A stretch of DNA of 64,000 nucleotides from an uncultured Spirochaetota bacterium (GTDB lineage: Bacteria > Spirochaetota > Spirochaetia > SZUA-6 > Fen-1364), in assembly GCA_963845325.1 (NCBI GenBank), contig CAWJRT010000001.1, positions 192,486-256,485 on the forward strand. The letters run 5' to 3'. Made by a program: the position numbers and the translations under genes. Positions 9,875 through 21,198 of the stretch are shown here, in pieces (within the stretch, counting starts at the first letter, position 1; each line of letters starts with the position of its first letter). The notes under the pieces are model-generated. The model saw only the letters and a program-made list of their open reading frames with translations, had not been told where the DNA came from and did no database searches.

Positions 9875-11125
9875 TCAATTCTCCAGGATCGTGATCTCCA
9901 CTCGTCGATTCTTTCTCCTGCCGTCCTCTGTTGAATTGTCCGCCGATGGGAGAGCCGGCGCCCATGCCGCGGGCCGTGACCTGGTCTGCCCTGCGCGCTC
10001 CCTGCGAGAGGAGGAACTGCGCAGCGGCCCGCGCCCGCTGCTCCGAAAGCTTCTGGTAGTCCTCTTCCGTGTACCCGGGCGCCCGGGCTGTGAAGCCGGC
10101 AACGGAGATGTCGCGATCAGGATACTTCTTCAACATCTCTGCGATGCGGCGAAGCTTGTCCTGCTCCGCCGGCAGGAGCTGGTCCGAGTTCGGTGGAAAG
10201 TTCACGTTCTCGAGGGTGATCGTCACACCCTGGTCCGACGGCTGCACGGACACGCCGGGAATCTTCTGCGCGTCCAGCTGCTTCTGGATGTCGCCGGCCA
10301 ACCTGCGCGCGGTCCAGCGGCGCCGAGGGAATGAGCTCGCCGCTCCGGCATCCCCCTTGAACTCGACTTCGTCCCCCGTGTTGAAGGAGAAGATGAAGTC
10401 GAACGATTCCTCGTAGTACACAGCGGCCTGCTGCCCGGCCAGGTCCCACCAGTACTTCTGGTGGGAGGCTCCGGCCACCCTCGTCGGCGACATCCGCGTC
10501 GTTCCCGGTGGAGGCGTCACCGGGTGGAAAATCTCGTAGTCGATGCCGAACACGGCACAGGCAACACCATTGCGGACCTCGTTGCAAGTGTAGGTATAGT
10601 CGGCGGTGATGGGGAACTGGAAAGGATCCTGGATTCCGAAGTTCGTCCGAAAGTCGTGAGACTCGACTCCCCGGCGCGGTCCATGTGCCTCCGATCGACA
10701 CGTCCCCCTCCGGGAACAGTGGCACGTTTCTGACGACGGGCATGAAATACGAGGGATCGATCGTATACGCGCCATGGCCGTCCCGCCAGAACTCGGAGGT
10801 GTATTCCTCCGCCACTCGAACGTGTTCTGCGACCCGATGGCCCTCTCGGAAGTCTGGAAATCGACCACGTGGTTCCCGGCATCATTCTTGGTGTCCGTTA
10901 CTGCGACCGCGATCTTGTCGAGGATCTCGGCATCGTGATCGAGCTTCCCGTTGACGGACACGGATTCATGCACCTGTGAAACAATCCTGTATTTTTCACC
11001 CCGCGTATATCCGAATCGGAAGACGTCGGCCCAGAGCCCGGATCCCGTTGCACACAGGGCGATGCCGCACAAGACAATGAGCGCTCGCCGCGGAGGATCT
11101 TCCTTGACACCCGGCGGTCATTCAA
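9875..11125 (-). pseudogene. OmpA-family (peptidoglycan-associated) protein with N-terminal beta-rich domain, multiple frameshifts
   Basis: OmpA-like C-terminus ITLENVNFPPNSDQLLPAEQDKLRRIAEMLKKYPDRDISVAGFT...RRKNRRVEITILEN. The pieces lie in ORFs 10898..11125, 9807..11072, 10117..10815 and 9875..10102. Frame switches fall near 11085, 10812, 10668 and 9945. Confidence 0.7.
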
Positions 11126-11144
11126 CTATCCTCAGGAAAAACCG

Positions 11145-12888
11145 ATGCATTCTCCAAGGATACCATCCAACGACGAGGTTCTCCAGACATTCCGACGCGC
11201 TGGTTTTGCCTCCCTTACGCCTCTCCAGCAGAAGTTGATCCCCCTCATGCTGAAGGGCCGGGACGTGCTGGCGGAAGTGCCGCGACGGGTCGGGTGTGAG
11301 CACCGCTGTCGCCGCGCCTCTGGTGCTGTCCCTGCGCGGGTCGGGAGCTGCCCTTCGGGCGCTCATCCTGCTGTCCACCGTGGAGGAGCGTTGGAAAGGT
11401 TTCGCGCGCGTTCACCCGTTTCACCCGCGCGGTGAGAGATGCACCTGCTTTCGTTGCCCTCGGGTGAAATCGAGGATGCCCGGCGGGAGCAGCGCCGGCT
11501 GGAGAAGGAGTCGACAGTCGTCGCGGGGACCGTGGAGCGCGTGATAGACCATATCCGCCGCGGCGGGCTTTCGTTCAACCAGCTGCAGACCGTCATCGTC
11601 AGCGAGCCGGAGGGCGAACAGCGTGCCGACTTCGTCAAGGACGTCCAGTTCATCGTCGCGAAGTGGACAGACCGGCCGCGCATGATCCTCCTGACCCGGT
11701 CCACCCGTTGCGGAGGACAACGAGCTTGTCCTGATGCTTCACCACCCGTTGATCATGGGCGCCCAGGAAAAAGGCGGACCCGATGAGCCCGCCTCCACCC
11801 GTATTGCCATTGCGTCCGACGTGATGCAGCCTGCCGAGGCGCTCGCGCGCGTCATGCTGGGCATGAGGCTTCCGCCGGCTGTCGCTTTTCACTCACCGAA
11901 GACGGACGCCCGGAAGGTTGTCGACGTGCTGCGGTCCCGGGGCCTGCGGGCGGCCGTGCTCCCCCCGGCGGGTCGTCAGCAGGCGGATCGCCGCGAGATG
12001 CTCCTTGCCCTGGCACGGCGCTCGGTGGATGTCCTGCTGGTCCCGCTGTCGGCCGGCGCGGTGGCGCCCGATCTCGAGGACCTGGCGCCCTCCCAGGTTG
12101 TTTTTCTTGACCTTCCGACCGGCCCCCTCCGTTCGCCCGGCGGAATGCTGAAACGGGCGGCAGTCCTCGCGCTGTGCGAACGGGAGAAAGACCTCGGCAA
12201 GCTTCAGGAGGCAATCGGCGTGGCATTCGACAAGAAGGAATTACCGGATGACGATGCGCTCCTCACCGGAGCAATCGACCGCGTGCTTCGAAGGATCAAG
12301 GACGAGGACAAGTCCGAGCTCTCCCTCCTGAGGGCACGGATCCGCCGGCAGGTTCCCCTGCTCCTTCGTCCCTTTTTCATGGCGTCTCTTCTCAAGTCGC
12401 AGCTCCCCTTCCTGGCCCCGGCGGAAAGACAGCCGGCCCGGACACCCTCCGCCCCGCGGCAGCGCACGTCGGCCGAGCCTCCACAGGGGACGGCGGCTGA
12501 CGCCCAGGTTCCTCCGCGCGGCCAGAGGGGCCGCTTCGGGAGGAGCGCTCCCGAGGCCGGACGTCCGGCGCGGCAGCAGGACGCTCCGCGGCCGCCGCGG
12601 CCGGAGGCGCGCGCGGCAGGTCCCGCGGGCGCCTACACACAGCTGTTCATCAGCGTCGGGCGGAACAGGCGCGTGTACGCGCGCGACCTCACGGAGCTGT
12701 TCACAGAGAAGCTCCAGCTCGTCGAGGGAGACATCGGCGGTGTGCGGGTCTTCGACAAGTACTCGTTCGTCGACATTGCCCCGGGAAAGGCGGAGGAGGC
12801 CATCAGCAAGCTCAACGGCCTCGACGTGAAGGGCCGTCCGATTGCCGTGAACTACGCAAAGAAGAAGGAAGAGAAAGAGTCGACGTGA
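11145..12888 (+). pseudogene. DEAD-box helicase-like protein with DbpA-type RNA-binding C-terminal domain; degenerate ATPase motifs; about 4 frameshifts
   Basis: Q-motif region FASLTPLQQKLIPLMLKGRDVLAE. Then GSGVST where GSGKT is expected, VSEPE where DEAD is expected, and C-terminal YTQLFISVGRNRRVYARDLTELF...IGGVRVFDKYSFVDI. The pieces lie in ORFs 11145, 11296, 11439 and 11734. Frame switches fall near 11280, 11389, 11463 and 11700. Confidence 0.7.
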
Positions 12889-12909
12889 CCGGGCCGTCAC
12901 CCCCGGCCG

Positions 12910-13532
12910 GTGACCGCGGGGAAGGACCTTCTCGCGCGTTGCGCCGCAACCGGCGGCTGCGAGGTGGAGATCGGCTGCGGGAACGGTCATTTTCTTGCGT
13001 CCTATGCCGCCGCCCGGCCCGGCACACTGCTCATCGGCGTCGACATCAAGGCAAAACGCTGCCGCCGCGCCCGGGAAAAGGCGGAGAAGCGGGGCCTGCG
13101 GAACGTCCACATCATCCACGGCTGCGGCCGAGATGTTCCTGACCGAGATTCCCCGCAATTCGGTGAACGCATTTCACATCTATTTCCCTGATCCCTGGCC
13201 CAAGAGCCGGCATCGCAAGCGCAGGTTTTTCACAATGGAAAACCTTTGCGCAATGCACGAAAGGCTGCGCGAGGGCGGCACGGCTGCATTTCGGCACTGA
13301 TTTCTTTGATTATTACATCCAGGCAAAGGTGCTGATTGCCCTGCACGGGGGATTCCGCCTCAGCGAGGAGCCGGCCCCTGAAGCCGTTCTCACCTCGATC
13401 TTCGGACAGAAGTTCGTCGGAGAAAAGAAGACCATCCGTATTTTCTCTGCCGTCAGCGCGAGCTCACCTGATGACCAGGGAAAGCAGACCAGAAGACGAG
13501 GGGCAGATTCACCAGCGCGTCCAATGCAATGA
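12910..13532 (+). pseudogene. trmB: tRNA (guanine-N7)-methyltransferase, two frameshifts
   Basis: EVEIGCGNGHFLASYAA...LIGVDIK (ORF 12910), then FHIYFPDPWPKSRHRKRRF (ORF 12995), then GTDFFDYYIQAKVLIALHGGF (ORF 13329 frame). Frame switches fall near 13120 and 13292. Confidence 0.75.
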
Positions 13533-13577
13533 AGGCAACTGAGACCAGCTCGAAGCGCCGCGCGGCCCGCCCGCACT

Positions 13578-14682
13578 CTATCGAGAGAGCCTCGGGGTCT
13601 GCCCGGGAGGAGGACGCTGCCCGGCCATCGGATCGTCCGGCTTGCGAAGGCTCACGCTGTCACCCTCGGCGGAGTAGCCGCAGCAGGCGACACTCTCCCC
13701 GCCGTCCCCCTGCAGCCGGAGCAGCACGCCGCGCGGCAGATCGACTTTTATGCGCACCATGCCCTCGGGCATGGCCAGGCGAAGGCCCTCGCTGACGATC
13801 ACTCCGGGATTCTGCTCATTCGTGCCGCCCCGCAGCATGAGATACGGTTCCATGTCCGGAAGGAGGGTGGCTCGCCTGCTCCGCGCGCCTCCCTCAGAAA
13901 CAGGGAAGTACCGCAGCGGAAGCCGCACGACGTCCCTCTGCACGCGAAGAAGTCGCGCCTTTTTCCAGGCCGATCGATAGGCAAAGTAGAGGGGAAAGCC
14001 GGGCGGGAGGAACGGTGACAGTGGTGCGAGACCTGCGGTCAGGGCGAGCAGCGACACGATGCGCTCGGGAATTGCAAGGAGCGTGAAGGCGAAGAGCACC
14101 AGATGAGAGCGACCCAATGGCAACCGAGGGAAGAGTGAACGAGTTCATGTACTCGTTGCGCTGCCTTCCCCCGCTGATGGCGCGGAGCACGACGTTCTCC
14201 TTCGGGCAGTCGTGGATCACGACGAGCAGCCGCGTCCGGCCGTTGTCCCGGAATACGCCCCGTCCCTCCTCCGAGAACAGCGCGCCGCCGACAAACACGG
14301 GCGTCCCTTCGGGCAGGGAGAAGATCCGGCTCCAGGGCACGCTGCCCAGGGCGGGAGCCACCGGCTCACCGGGTTCCGCCTCGGGGATGAGGTACACGCG
14401 GACGTTGCGGAGGTCCGCGGCTACCGAGAACCGGCCGTTCGTGAGCCAGATGCGGTCATCACCCTGGATCGCTTCGAGTGTGCCGAAGAAGCGGTAGTAC
14501 CCCGCCGGCGCCGCGTGCTCCCGTCCGAGGACGCCCGGAGCCGCCGTCGGGTAGTGGGAAACGGCGGTAACGGTCTTTCGGAACCTCCGCCACTGGCCGC
14601 GCGCGATGAAGGCGCCGAAGGCCGGGACAACCGCGTAGAACAGGACGGCGATGCTGATGACCAGAATGAAGTGTCCTGCCAT
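13578..14682 (-). pseudogene. hypothetical membrane protein, frameshift near 14110
   Basis: ORF 13894..14682 (MAGHFILVISIAVLFYAVVPAFGAFIA...) joins ORF 13578..14123 (SHLVLFAFTLLAIPERIVSLLALTAGL...). I recognise no family. Confidence 0.5.
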
Positions 14683-14690
14683 GGCCTGTA

Positions 14691-14719
14691 TTGATTAACC
14701 GGGCATGATCCTTTAGTGT
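14691..14719 (+). promoter_or_regulatory. sigma70-like promoter TTGATT-17-TAGTGT
   Basis: TTGATT 14691-14696 and TAGTGT 14714-14719. ATG 14730 lies 10 nt after the -10 and there is no Shine-Dalgarno. Confidence 0.4.
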
Positions 14720-14729
14720 CGACTATATC

Positions 14730-15393
14730 ATGGTAGAAAGAGTTGTCGTAGGGCAGTGGAAGACGAATTGCTACATCTACTCCAGCACCAAGAAGGAGTG
14801 CATCATCATCGATCCGGGCGGAAGCGAAGAAGAGATCGCCAGCCGCGTTGACGTCCTGAACATGGTGCCCGTGGGCATCGCCCTCACCCATGGCCACGTC
14901 GACCATCTTGCCGCCCTTGGCAAGCTTCGTGACAGCTACGCCGCCCGGGGGTACAAGCTTCCCATTGCAATCAACCCGTCGGACCGACGCTTCCTCGGGA
15001 CCGGGGGACGGGAGACCCACCGCGAAAACCTCGAGTTTCTCGGCCTCGACGAGCTGGGTTTTTTCGGCGTGGATGCGGACGAGCTCCCGAAGGCTGACGT
15101 GCGCCTGAAGGAAGGGGACAAGGTCTTCAACATGGACCTCACCGTCCTGGAGACGCCGGGTCACACGCCCGGGCAGCGTCTGCTTCTACGCGGAAAAGGA
15201 AGGCATCCTTTTCTCGGGTGACACCCTGTTTTTCGACGGCGTAGGGCGCAGCGATCTCCCGGGCGGCAGCGAAAAGAAGCTGCGGGAAAGCATCCAGAAG
15301 AAGATTGCATCCCTTCCACCCGAGACCAGGGTGTTCCCCGGTCACGGCCCGTTCACGACGGTCGAACGGGAAAAGCGCGGGAACGCCTTTTTC
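14730..15393 (+). pseudogene. MBL-fold metallo-hydrolase (glyoxalase II-like), frameshift near 15174, natural stop not identifiable
   Basis: THGHVDH motif and ETPGHTPG in ORF 14730..15221. It continues in another frame as SVCFYAEKEGILFSGDTLFFDGVGRSDLPGG...VFPGHGPFTTVEREKRGNAFF. No stop follows in any frame for more than 100 nt. Confidence 0.75.
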
Positions 15394-15919
15394 CGGGGAA
15401 TGGCCGGAAGCCGCGCCCCCCGTTGTCCCGAGGCCGGTGCACATCATTCCGAGACCACTCGGGCAGGCGAGACCTGCTGTTGCGCAGCAGCCGGCACCGG
15501 GTGCACGGCCGCAGTCATCCGTGAAACGCTCACCAGTCGCCGTGAAGCGGCCACTGGCATCACTGAAGCAGCATGCCGCCAGCCCCAAGACTCCCGGCGC
15601 GACAACCAAGCGCACGGCCCCTGGCGCCCGGAAAGGATCCTCCTCCTCGGGGACCGGGGCGCACGGATCATCTCGCCGTCCGCCCGGTGCTGCCCCGAAA
15701 GCGCAGAAGAAACAGGCCGCCCGGAAACGATCGCGGCCTGCCTCGGCTCGCGCCAAGCCGGCTTCTTCCAACGGTGCGGGCCGGCTCCCGCACTCGTCAA
15801 AGGCAAAAAGCGCCGGGATACTGAAAGAGGGAAGAGCGTCCAAGCCGCTTCGGAAAAAGTCGGCTCAGGCGACCAGGTCGACGAAGGCGCCGGGCGTCGG
15901 CAGAAAGCCCGCACGATAG
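15394..15919 (+). CDS. possible highly basic K/R/A/P/S-rich low-complexity tail or separate ORF (frame of ORF 15305..15919)
   Basis: ...VKRSPVAVKRPLASLKQHAASPKTPGATTKRTAPGARKG...APKAQKKQAARKRSRPASARAKPA...KPLRKKSAQATRSTKAPGVGRKPAR. This is the only protein-like reading of an otherwise unassigned 470 nt. Confidence 0.25.
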
Positions 15920-16299
15920 GCCTGGGCCGTCCGTGCCCCCGCGGAGTCGCCTGCGTCGAATTCGCCGATGATCGAGTCGATCGAACCGGCGCTGACCGCG
16001 AGGACCGGCTTGCTGTGCGAGAGCTGGTCTATGAGAGTGTCGAGGATCTTGAGCTTGTACAGGGGGACGCCGTCCTCCAGGCGCGATTCGGGCATCACCT
16101 GGATGTGCTTGAAGTTCGCGTAGACGAGCTGCGCCGGCCGCACCGGCATGATCACGTCTCCGCCGTCCGCCTGCGCGTAGCGCATCGCCGTCATCGAAAC
16201 AACGCCCACGTGACCGCCTGCTGTGATTCCTGCCGCGACTCCTGCCACCATGTGCTCCCGGCTCCCGGTTTGAATATCGGAAGGCGCGGCAGGGGGCAT
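15865..16299 (-). CDS. hypothetical protein (144 aa)
   Basis: Intact ORF directly downstream of the DksA-like gene. The segment LVYANFKHIQVMPESRLEDGVPLYKLKILDTLIDQL looks protein-like. I recognise no family. Confidence 0.5.
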   Translation of the reverse strand: MPPAAPSDIQTGSREHMVAGVAAGITAGGHVGVVSMTAMRYAQADGGDVIMPVRPAQLVYANFKHIQVMPESRLEDGVPLYKLKILDTLIDQLSHSKPVLAVSAGSIDSIIGEFDAGDSAGARTAQAYRAGFLPTPGAFVDLVA

Positions 16300-16344
16300 G
16301 AGTTGGAGAGACTGTCGTGAAAAAGCGAGGCTCCGCGTGGAGCG

Positions 16345-16702
16345 CTACCTGTTGCGGCGCTCCTCCGAGGACTTGCATTCGATGCAGAGCAGCGCGTAAG
16401 GGATTGCTTCGAGCCGTTCGCGCGGGAATTTTCTTCGAGCAGCGGGCGCAGAGGCCGTACTTCTTGTTCTCCACCCGGGCCAGGGCGGACTCGATGAGCT
16501 GCAGGCGGCGCAGCTCCTGCGTGCCCAGCGCCTCGAGAGTCTTGCTGTCAATGTCGTCCGCCGCGATGTCGGCGAGATCCTTGGGATCCATGTCCTCGAT
16601 GATGGTGCGGAAATCCTCGCTCTCCGAGGCGAGATTTTTCAATATCTCCTTCTTCAAGGCGACGAGTGAGGTCTTCATTTTTTTGAGAAAAGCGTCTTCC
16701 AT
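16345..16702 (-). pseudogene. DksA/TraR family C4-type zinc-finger protein, frameshift near 16422
   Basis: [24 protein letters not shown]...ELRRLQLIESALARVENKKYGLCARCSKKIP (frame of ORF 15797..16894, ATG 16702), then RERLEAIPYALLCIECKSSEERRNR (ORF 16345..16551). Confidence 0.75.
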
Positions 16703-16887
16703 TGGCGCTGCCTTTAAGGGTAGGCAATCTACGCATAAACGGAGTGACTTGTCAATCCCAACGGCTTTTTCCGCGGTCGGCCGGGACCGAACATCGGGTG
16801 CCGCACGGCGGCTGCTCCCGCCTGCCGCCTCTGTTGATTGACACCCACAGGTCAGAGCCGCTACACTTCGACACAAAGGAGGATTTT

Positions 16888-17106
16888 TTGGCAAAGGAAG
16901 AGGCCATAGAAGTCGATGGGAAGGTAAAAGAATCTCTCCCCAACACGATGTTCAGAGTCGAGCTCGAAAACGGTCACGTCATTCTCGCCCATCTTTCCGG
17001 CAAGATGCGCAAACATTACATTCGAATTGTCCCTGGTGATCGCGTGAAGGTCGCCCTCTCTCCGTATGATCTGACGCGCGGGCGAATCATCTACCGCGAA
17101 AAGTAG
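16888..17106 (+). CDS. infA: translation initiation factor IF-1
   Basis: TTG 16888 lies 7 nt after [78 protein letters not shown], 72 aa. Confidence 0.9.
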   Translation: MAKEEAIEVDGKVKESLPNTMFRVELENGHVILAHLSGKMRKHYIRIVPGDRVKVALSPYDLTRGRIIYREK

Positions 17107-17131
17107 CTCCCCGGGCCCTCGCGCCGCGTGC

Positions 17132-18412
17132 TCAACTGCGATAGTCCGCGTTTTCCCGAACGTAGTCGTACGAAAGGTCGGAGCCCAGCACCTCGACGCC
17201 GGGTGACGCCCCATCGAGCAGGATCTCAATGTCCACCGTCCGGTCATGTTGCGGCCACGGCACGCGTTTCGTGTCCAATGCCCTGCTCAGCAGGTATTCG
17301 CAGAGCCTCCTCTCCTTCTCCGCGTCCAGACGGAAGCACCCGCCGGAGAATATCTCCTCTCCGCCCATCCGGACAACCGTTCGTCCCGCTTCGAGCGTCC
17401 CGCCCGTGTTGCCGATGTAGTCCCCGATTGCGCTGACGATCCGGCCGACGTTCGGGATCGTTTCCGAAGACCGCGGTCTTCACCAGCGGCGAGTTGGCCA
17501 CCGCGCGTGCCACGCCAAGAGCCACCGCCTCGTCCTGCGCGCGTTCGACTCTCACGCGCATCGCGTGCCCGATTCCTTCCGCATTGCGCACGATGTCGAA
17601 GGCAAGCCCGGCAAGCACCTCATGGAGCGCCGAGCGGAATGAGTCCCGATCGGCCGGCCCTGCCGCTCCCGAGGAGAGGACGATCGCCGTGTCGCTTGTG
17701 CTCTGGTCCCCGTCGATGGAGAGACGGTTCAGGGTTCTCTGGACGCACCACGCCAGGTCCTCCCGCAGGCGTTCGCGCGGCACCGCGATATCCGTGCAGA
17801 TGAAGCACAGGAGCGTCGCCATGTTCGGCTCGATCATCCCGGCGCCCTTCGCTATGCCCACGATTCGTCCCGCTCCCACGGAGACCGAGCGCACTTTCGG
17901 GAACGCGTCCGTCGTCATGATAGCGCGCGCAACCGGAAGAATGGACGCGGCCGATGCCCCGCTCACCAGGCCGGGGAGGGATGCCTCCATCTCACGGACA
18001 GGAAGCGCCCACCCGATGATGCCCGTTGAAGCGCACAGGTAGTCTTCCGCCGAACCTCCGGTGAGCCTGGCCAGCCGATCCAGGAGATGCTGTGCGTCCC
18101 CGGTCCCGTTCGGGGTGCAGACGTTGGATATCCTGTTGTTGGCCAGCACGCCGCGGATCGTGCGGCGCATGAGCCGCTGGCGGCCGATCAGGACAGGCGC
18201 ACCGGGGAAGAGGTTGCGGGTGAACACGGCCCCGAAGTCTTCGGTCTCACGGTCCAGCAGGATGAGGGAGAGATTCATCTTCAGGGGCTGGGCGGACGCT
18301 CTCTCCCGGGGTACGAACTCGATCTCCCGCGTGGCGCACGGAACCCCTTCGGGAGAACGGCCCGTTCGCCCAGGACGTGCAGGTACTCGGACTCCGACGA
18401 GTATGTTTCCAC
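17132..18412 (-). pseudogene. argJ: bifunctional ornithine acetyltransferase / N-acetylglutamate synthase, two frameshifts
   Basis: GTG 18412: ETYSSESEYLHVLGERAVLPKGFR. Then the ORF 17244..18278 core (TTDAFPK...GIAKGAGMIEPNMATLL...SIDGDQSTSD). Then ORF 17132..17368 (MGGEEIFSGG...LSYDYVRENADYRS). Frame switches fall near 18340 and 17454. Confidence 0.85.
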
Positions 18413-18492
18413 CCGTCCCTTATAGCCCCGGCGCGGGGGAGATTCAAGCCGAAGGAGACTCGCGCGGGACCCTGGGCGGACCGGCGCGGGCT

Positions 18493-19547
18493 TCAGTTGG
18501 TGACGTCCAGGGTCACGAGAATCGGCAGGTGGTCGGAAAATCCGTTCCGTCCGCCGCGATCGCTCCAGCGTCGGGGCAGTCCGCGCTCATCAAGGAGGAA
18601 CGGCAGCCTCAGGGCTGTGAAGCTGGAGCGCCGGTAGGTGAGCCCCTGCCCGGTCGAAGAGCCCCGCGGAGAGGAGAATATGATCCACCGTGAGCCAGTC
18701 TCCCTGCCACGCGTACGAGCCGCGCGCTGCCGGTTTCAGCTCGAACCATGGATCGAACAGGACGCAGCGGCCGCCAGGACCGCCGAACGGGGGAGCCGTG
18801 TCAGCGAGGAAAATGCCGGAGGCAGCCTGCGGGTCCCGTGTCTCGCGCCCCGCCGGCATGAGCGCCGTGACATACCGCCGCCCCACGCGCGCGAGCTCGT
18901 CCACGTTCTCGTTCATGTCCCCGGCGGCCACGATGTCGGCCGCGGGATCCCGCGTCGAGGATCTCGCCGATTCTCCGCGCGAGCACGGAGGCCGACTCCC
19001 TCCGCGAGGGCTCGGTTGCCTTCATTCCCTCGGTCTTCGACTTCCAGTGATTGTTGAACAGGTAGAGGGTGTGCCCCGCGATTTCGACCTGGGCTTCCAG
19101 GATGTCGCGCACGGGAAGGCTCGTGTTTTTCACTCCCTTCCACGGACCCACCGCGTGAGTGCGGATCCGCGCTATCGGGAGCCTGCTGGCGATTGCAACG
19201 TTGGCGGCCAGCCCGTTCTTGGGGACCAGGGCGTACCAGGAGTACCCCATGCCTCGTGCTCCCTCGGTCAGGAGCACCTGCAGGGCGTGGCCGTTTTCAA
19301 CTTCCTGCAGGAGCAGGATGTCCGGGCCGCCAGCGACGCACCTTCGCACGACTTCGGAGAGAGCCTTGATCCGCAGGTGGAAGGATTCGGTGTTCCATGT
19401 GCCCCGTCCGGGATCGAACTCCCGGTACTCGGTCCCGTCCCGCACGTCATCGAAGAGGTTCTCCACGTTGTAGCTCAGGACGGTGAGAGCTGGAGAGGCC
19501 CCGGCGCGGCAGAGCGCCAGGAGGACGACCAAGCAGGCGGCTTTCAC
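18493..19547 (-). pseudogene. endonuclease/exonuclease/phosphatase (EEP) family secreted protein, two frameshifts
   Basis: VKAACLVVLLALC signal, then LTVLSYNVENLF...ILLLQEVEN...NNHWKSK. Then AAGDMNENVDEL (ORF 18590..18931). Then C-terminal GFSDHLPILVTLDVTN. Frame switches fall near 18950 and 18645. Confidence 0.7.
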
Positions 19548-20498
19548 CCGGCTGCCGGAAGGAGCGCCAGGAGCAGGGATGACTCGTCCACGGCGCTCAT
19601 GGCGCGGGGGGAGAAGGGGAGACCCGTAATGGTTTCCCACGCCTCGATGTACTTGCGCGCGACCTGGACCCGCACATCGTCGGGGATCAGGGGCGGGACG
19701 CCGTCACCTTTCCAGCCGCGGGCCAGCAGCCACTGCCGCAGGTATTCCTTGTCCAGCTCCCGCTGGCCTGCGCCCGCTGCAAAGAGCTCTTCCCAGGTGT
19801 CCGCGTACCAGTAACGACTCGAATCGGGGGTGTGCACTTCATCCGCGAGCGTCAGGACCCCGTTCTGCAGGCCGAACTCGTATTTCGTGTCCACGAGGAT
19901 GAGTCCATTCCGCGCGGCGATTTCCGTGCCGCGCCGAAAGAGCGCCAGCGCTGTCTCTTCAATCTGCTCCCACAGGGCCTTTTCGACGAGGCCGCCGGCG
20001 ATGATTTCTTCCCGGGAGACCGGGCGGTCGTGGCTTCCCTTCTCCTCTTTCGTGGAAGGGGTCAGGATGGGCTGGTCAAATCTCTCGTTGAAGCGCATCC
20101 CCGCGGGAAGTCGGATGCCTGAGATCGGACGCGCCCCCCTGGTAGTCCCGCCACGCGGAGCCGGTGAGGTATCCCCGCACAACGACCTCCACCGGGATGA
20201 CACGGCACTTCACGGCCCGGATGGTGCGCGCGGAGATTTCTTCCCGCACGTGGTTGGCAATGATGTCCGAGGTCGCGCGGAACCAGAACAGCGATAGGGT
20301 GTTGAGGACTTCTCCCTTGCAGGGAACGGTGGTCAGCACCCGGTCGAACGCGGAGATGCGGTCCGTGGTGCAGATCAGGAGCTCGGCCCCCGCGTCCACG
20401 ACGTCCCGCACCTTACCGGAGGTGAGAGGCGCTCCCGCGGGGAGCTGGAGGTGCTCCAGGCAGGTATCGAGCAGGCCGTCCAGGTCTGCCGTGGACAC
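19544..20498 (-). pseudogene. purC: phosphoribosylaminoimidazole-succinocarboxamide (SAICAR) synthase, frameshift in a C6/G6 run at 20134-20139
   Basis: ORF 20076..20498 (SGKVRDV...TDRISAFD...VEVVVRGYLTGSAW) joins ORF 19544..20203 (LTPSTKEE...ILVDTKYEFG...DEVHTPDSSRYW). Confidence 0.85.
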
Positions 20499-20501
20499 GT
20501 T

Positions 20502-21089
20502 TTACAGCTCGTCCCGCGTCTTGATGACGCGCGAGAGAAGGCCGTAGCTGACCGCCTCTTCCGCGTTCATCCAGTAGTCGCGGTCGGTGTCCTTCTCCAC
20601 TTTGTCCAGGGGCTGCCCGGTTTCATCCGCGATCAGCCGGTTGATCTTGGCGCGGAGCTTTTCGATTTCCTTTGCGTGAATCTCGATCTCGGTGGCCACA
20701 CCGCGCGTCCCGCTCATGGGCTGGTGGATGAGGTAGTGCGAGTTGGGGAGGCCGACCCGCAGCTCGCGCGGAGCCGCGAGGATGATGATGGCGGCGGCGC
20801 TGGCAACCAGGCCCATGCCGATCATGGTGATCTTCGGCTTGACGAAGCGCATCATGTCGAAGATTGCGTAGCCCGCGTCCGCGTCACCCCCCGGGGAGTC
20901 GATGTACACCTTGATGGGGTCCGCGGACTCTTCCTCCAGGAGGATGAGGGAGCGGATCACTCTCTCCGCCAGAGGCTTGTTGATCTCTCCCGAGACGAGG
21001 ACGGTCCTCGACTTGAGCATCCTGTTGAAGAGCATCCCATCATCGCGGGGGCCGCTTTCGGGCTCCTGGGGCTTGTCCTGCATGTTCAT
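20502..21089 (-). CDS. clpP: ATP-dependent Clp protease proteolytic subunit
   Basis: MNMQDKP...VYIDSPGGDADAGYAIFDMMRFVKPKITMIGMGLVASAAAIIL...YLIHQPMSG. The start is chosen at 21089 (alternatives 21083 and 21098). Confidence 0.9.
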   Translation of the reverse strand: MNMQDKPQEPESGPRDDGMLFNRMLKSRTVLVSGEINKPLAERVIRSLILLEEESADPIKVYIDSPGGDADAGYAIFDMMRFVKPKITMIGMGLVASAAAIIILAAPRELRVGLPNSHYLIHQPMSGTRGVATEIEIHAKEIEKLRAKINRLIADETGQPLDKVEKDTDRDYWMNAEEAVSYGLLSRVIKTRDEL

Positions 21090-21099
21090 ACTACGCATT

Positions 21100-21128
21100 A
21101 CAATAAGGAAAATCCTCTTGCTTGACAA
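21100..21128 (-). promoter_or_regulatory. sigma70-like promoter TTGTCA-17-TATTGT for clpP
   Basis: The minus strand reads TTGTCA (21123-21128) and TATTGT (21100-21105). ATG 21089 lies 10 nt downstream. Confidence 0.35.
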
Positions 21129-21167
21129 TCGCGCAGTCCGCGGGCCCGCGGAGCGCGCCGCAGGCGC

Positions 21168-21198
21168 AAAAAAAGGCCGGGGCATTTCTGCCCCGGCC
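21168..21198 (-). terminator. intrinsic terminator (10-bp GC stem plus U7)
   Basis: The minus strand reads GGCCGGGGCA-gaaa-TGCCCCGGCC followed by TTTTTTT (A-run 21168-21174 on the plus strand). Confidence 0.7.

Noticed and set aside
15331-16320. 329-aa ORF continuing from the MBL hydrolase
   Set aside because: After the conserved ...GHGPFTTVEREKRGNAFF it becomes Cys/Arg-rich nonsense. It runs antisense through the 144-aa ORF at 15865-16299.
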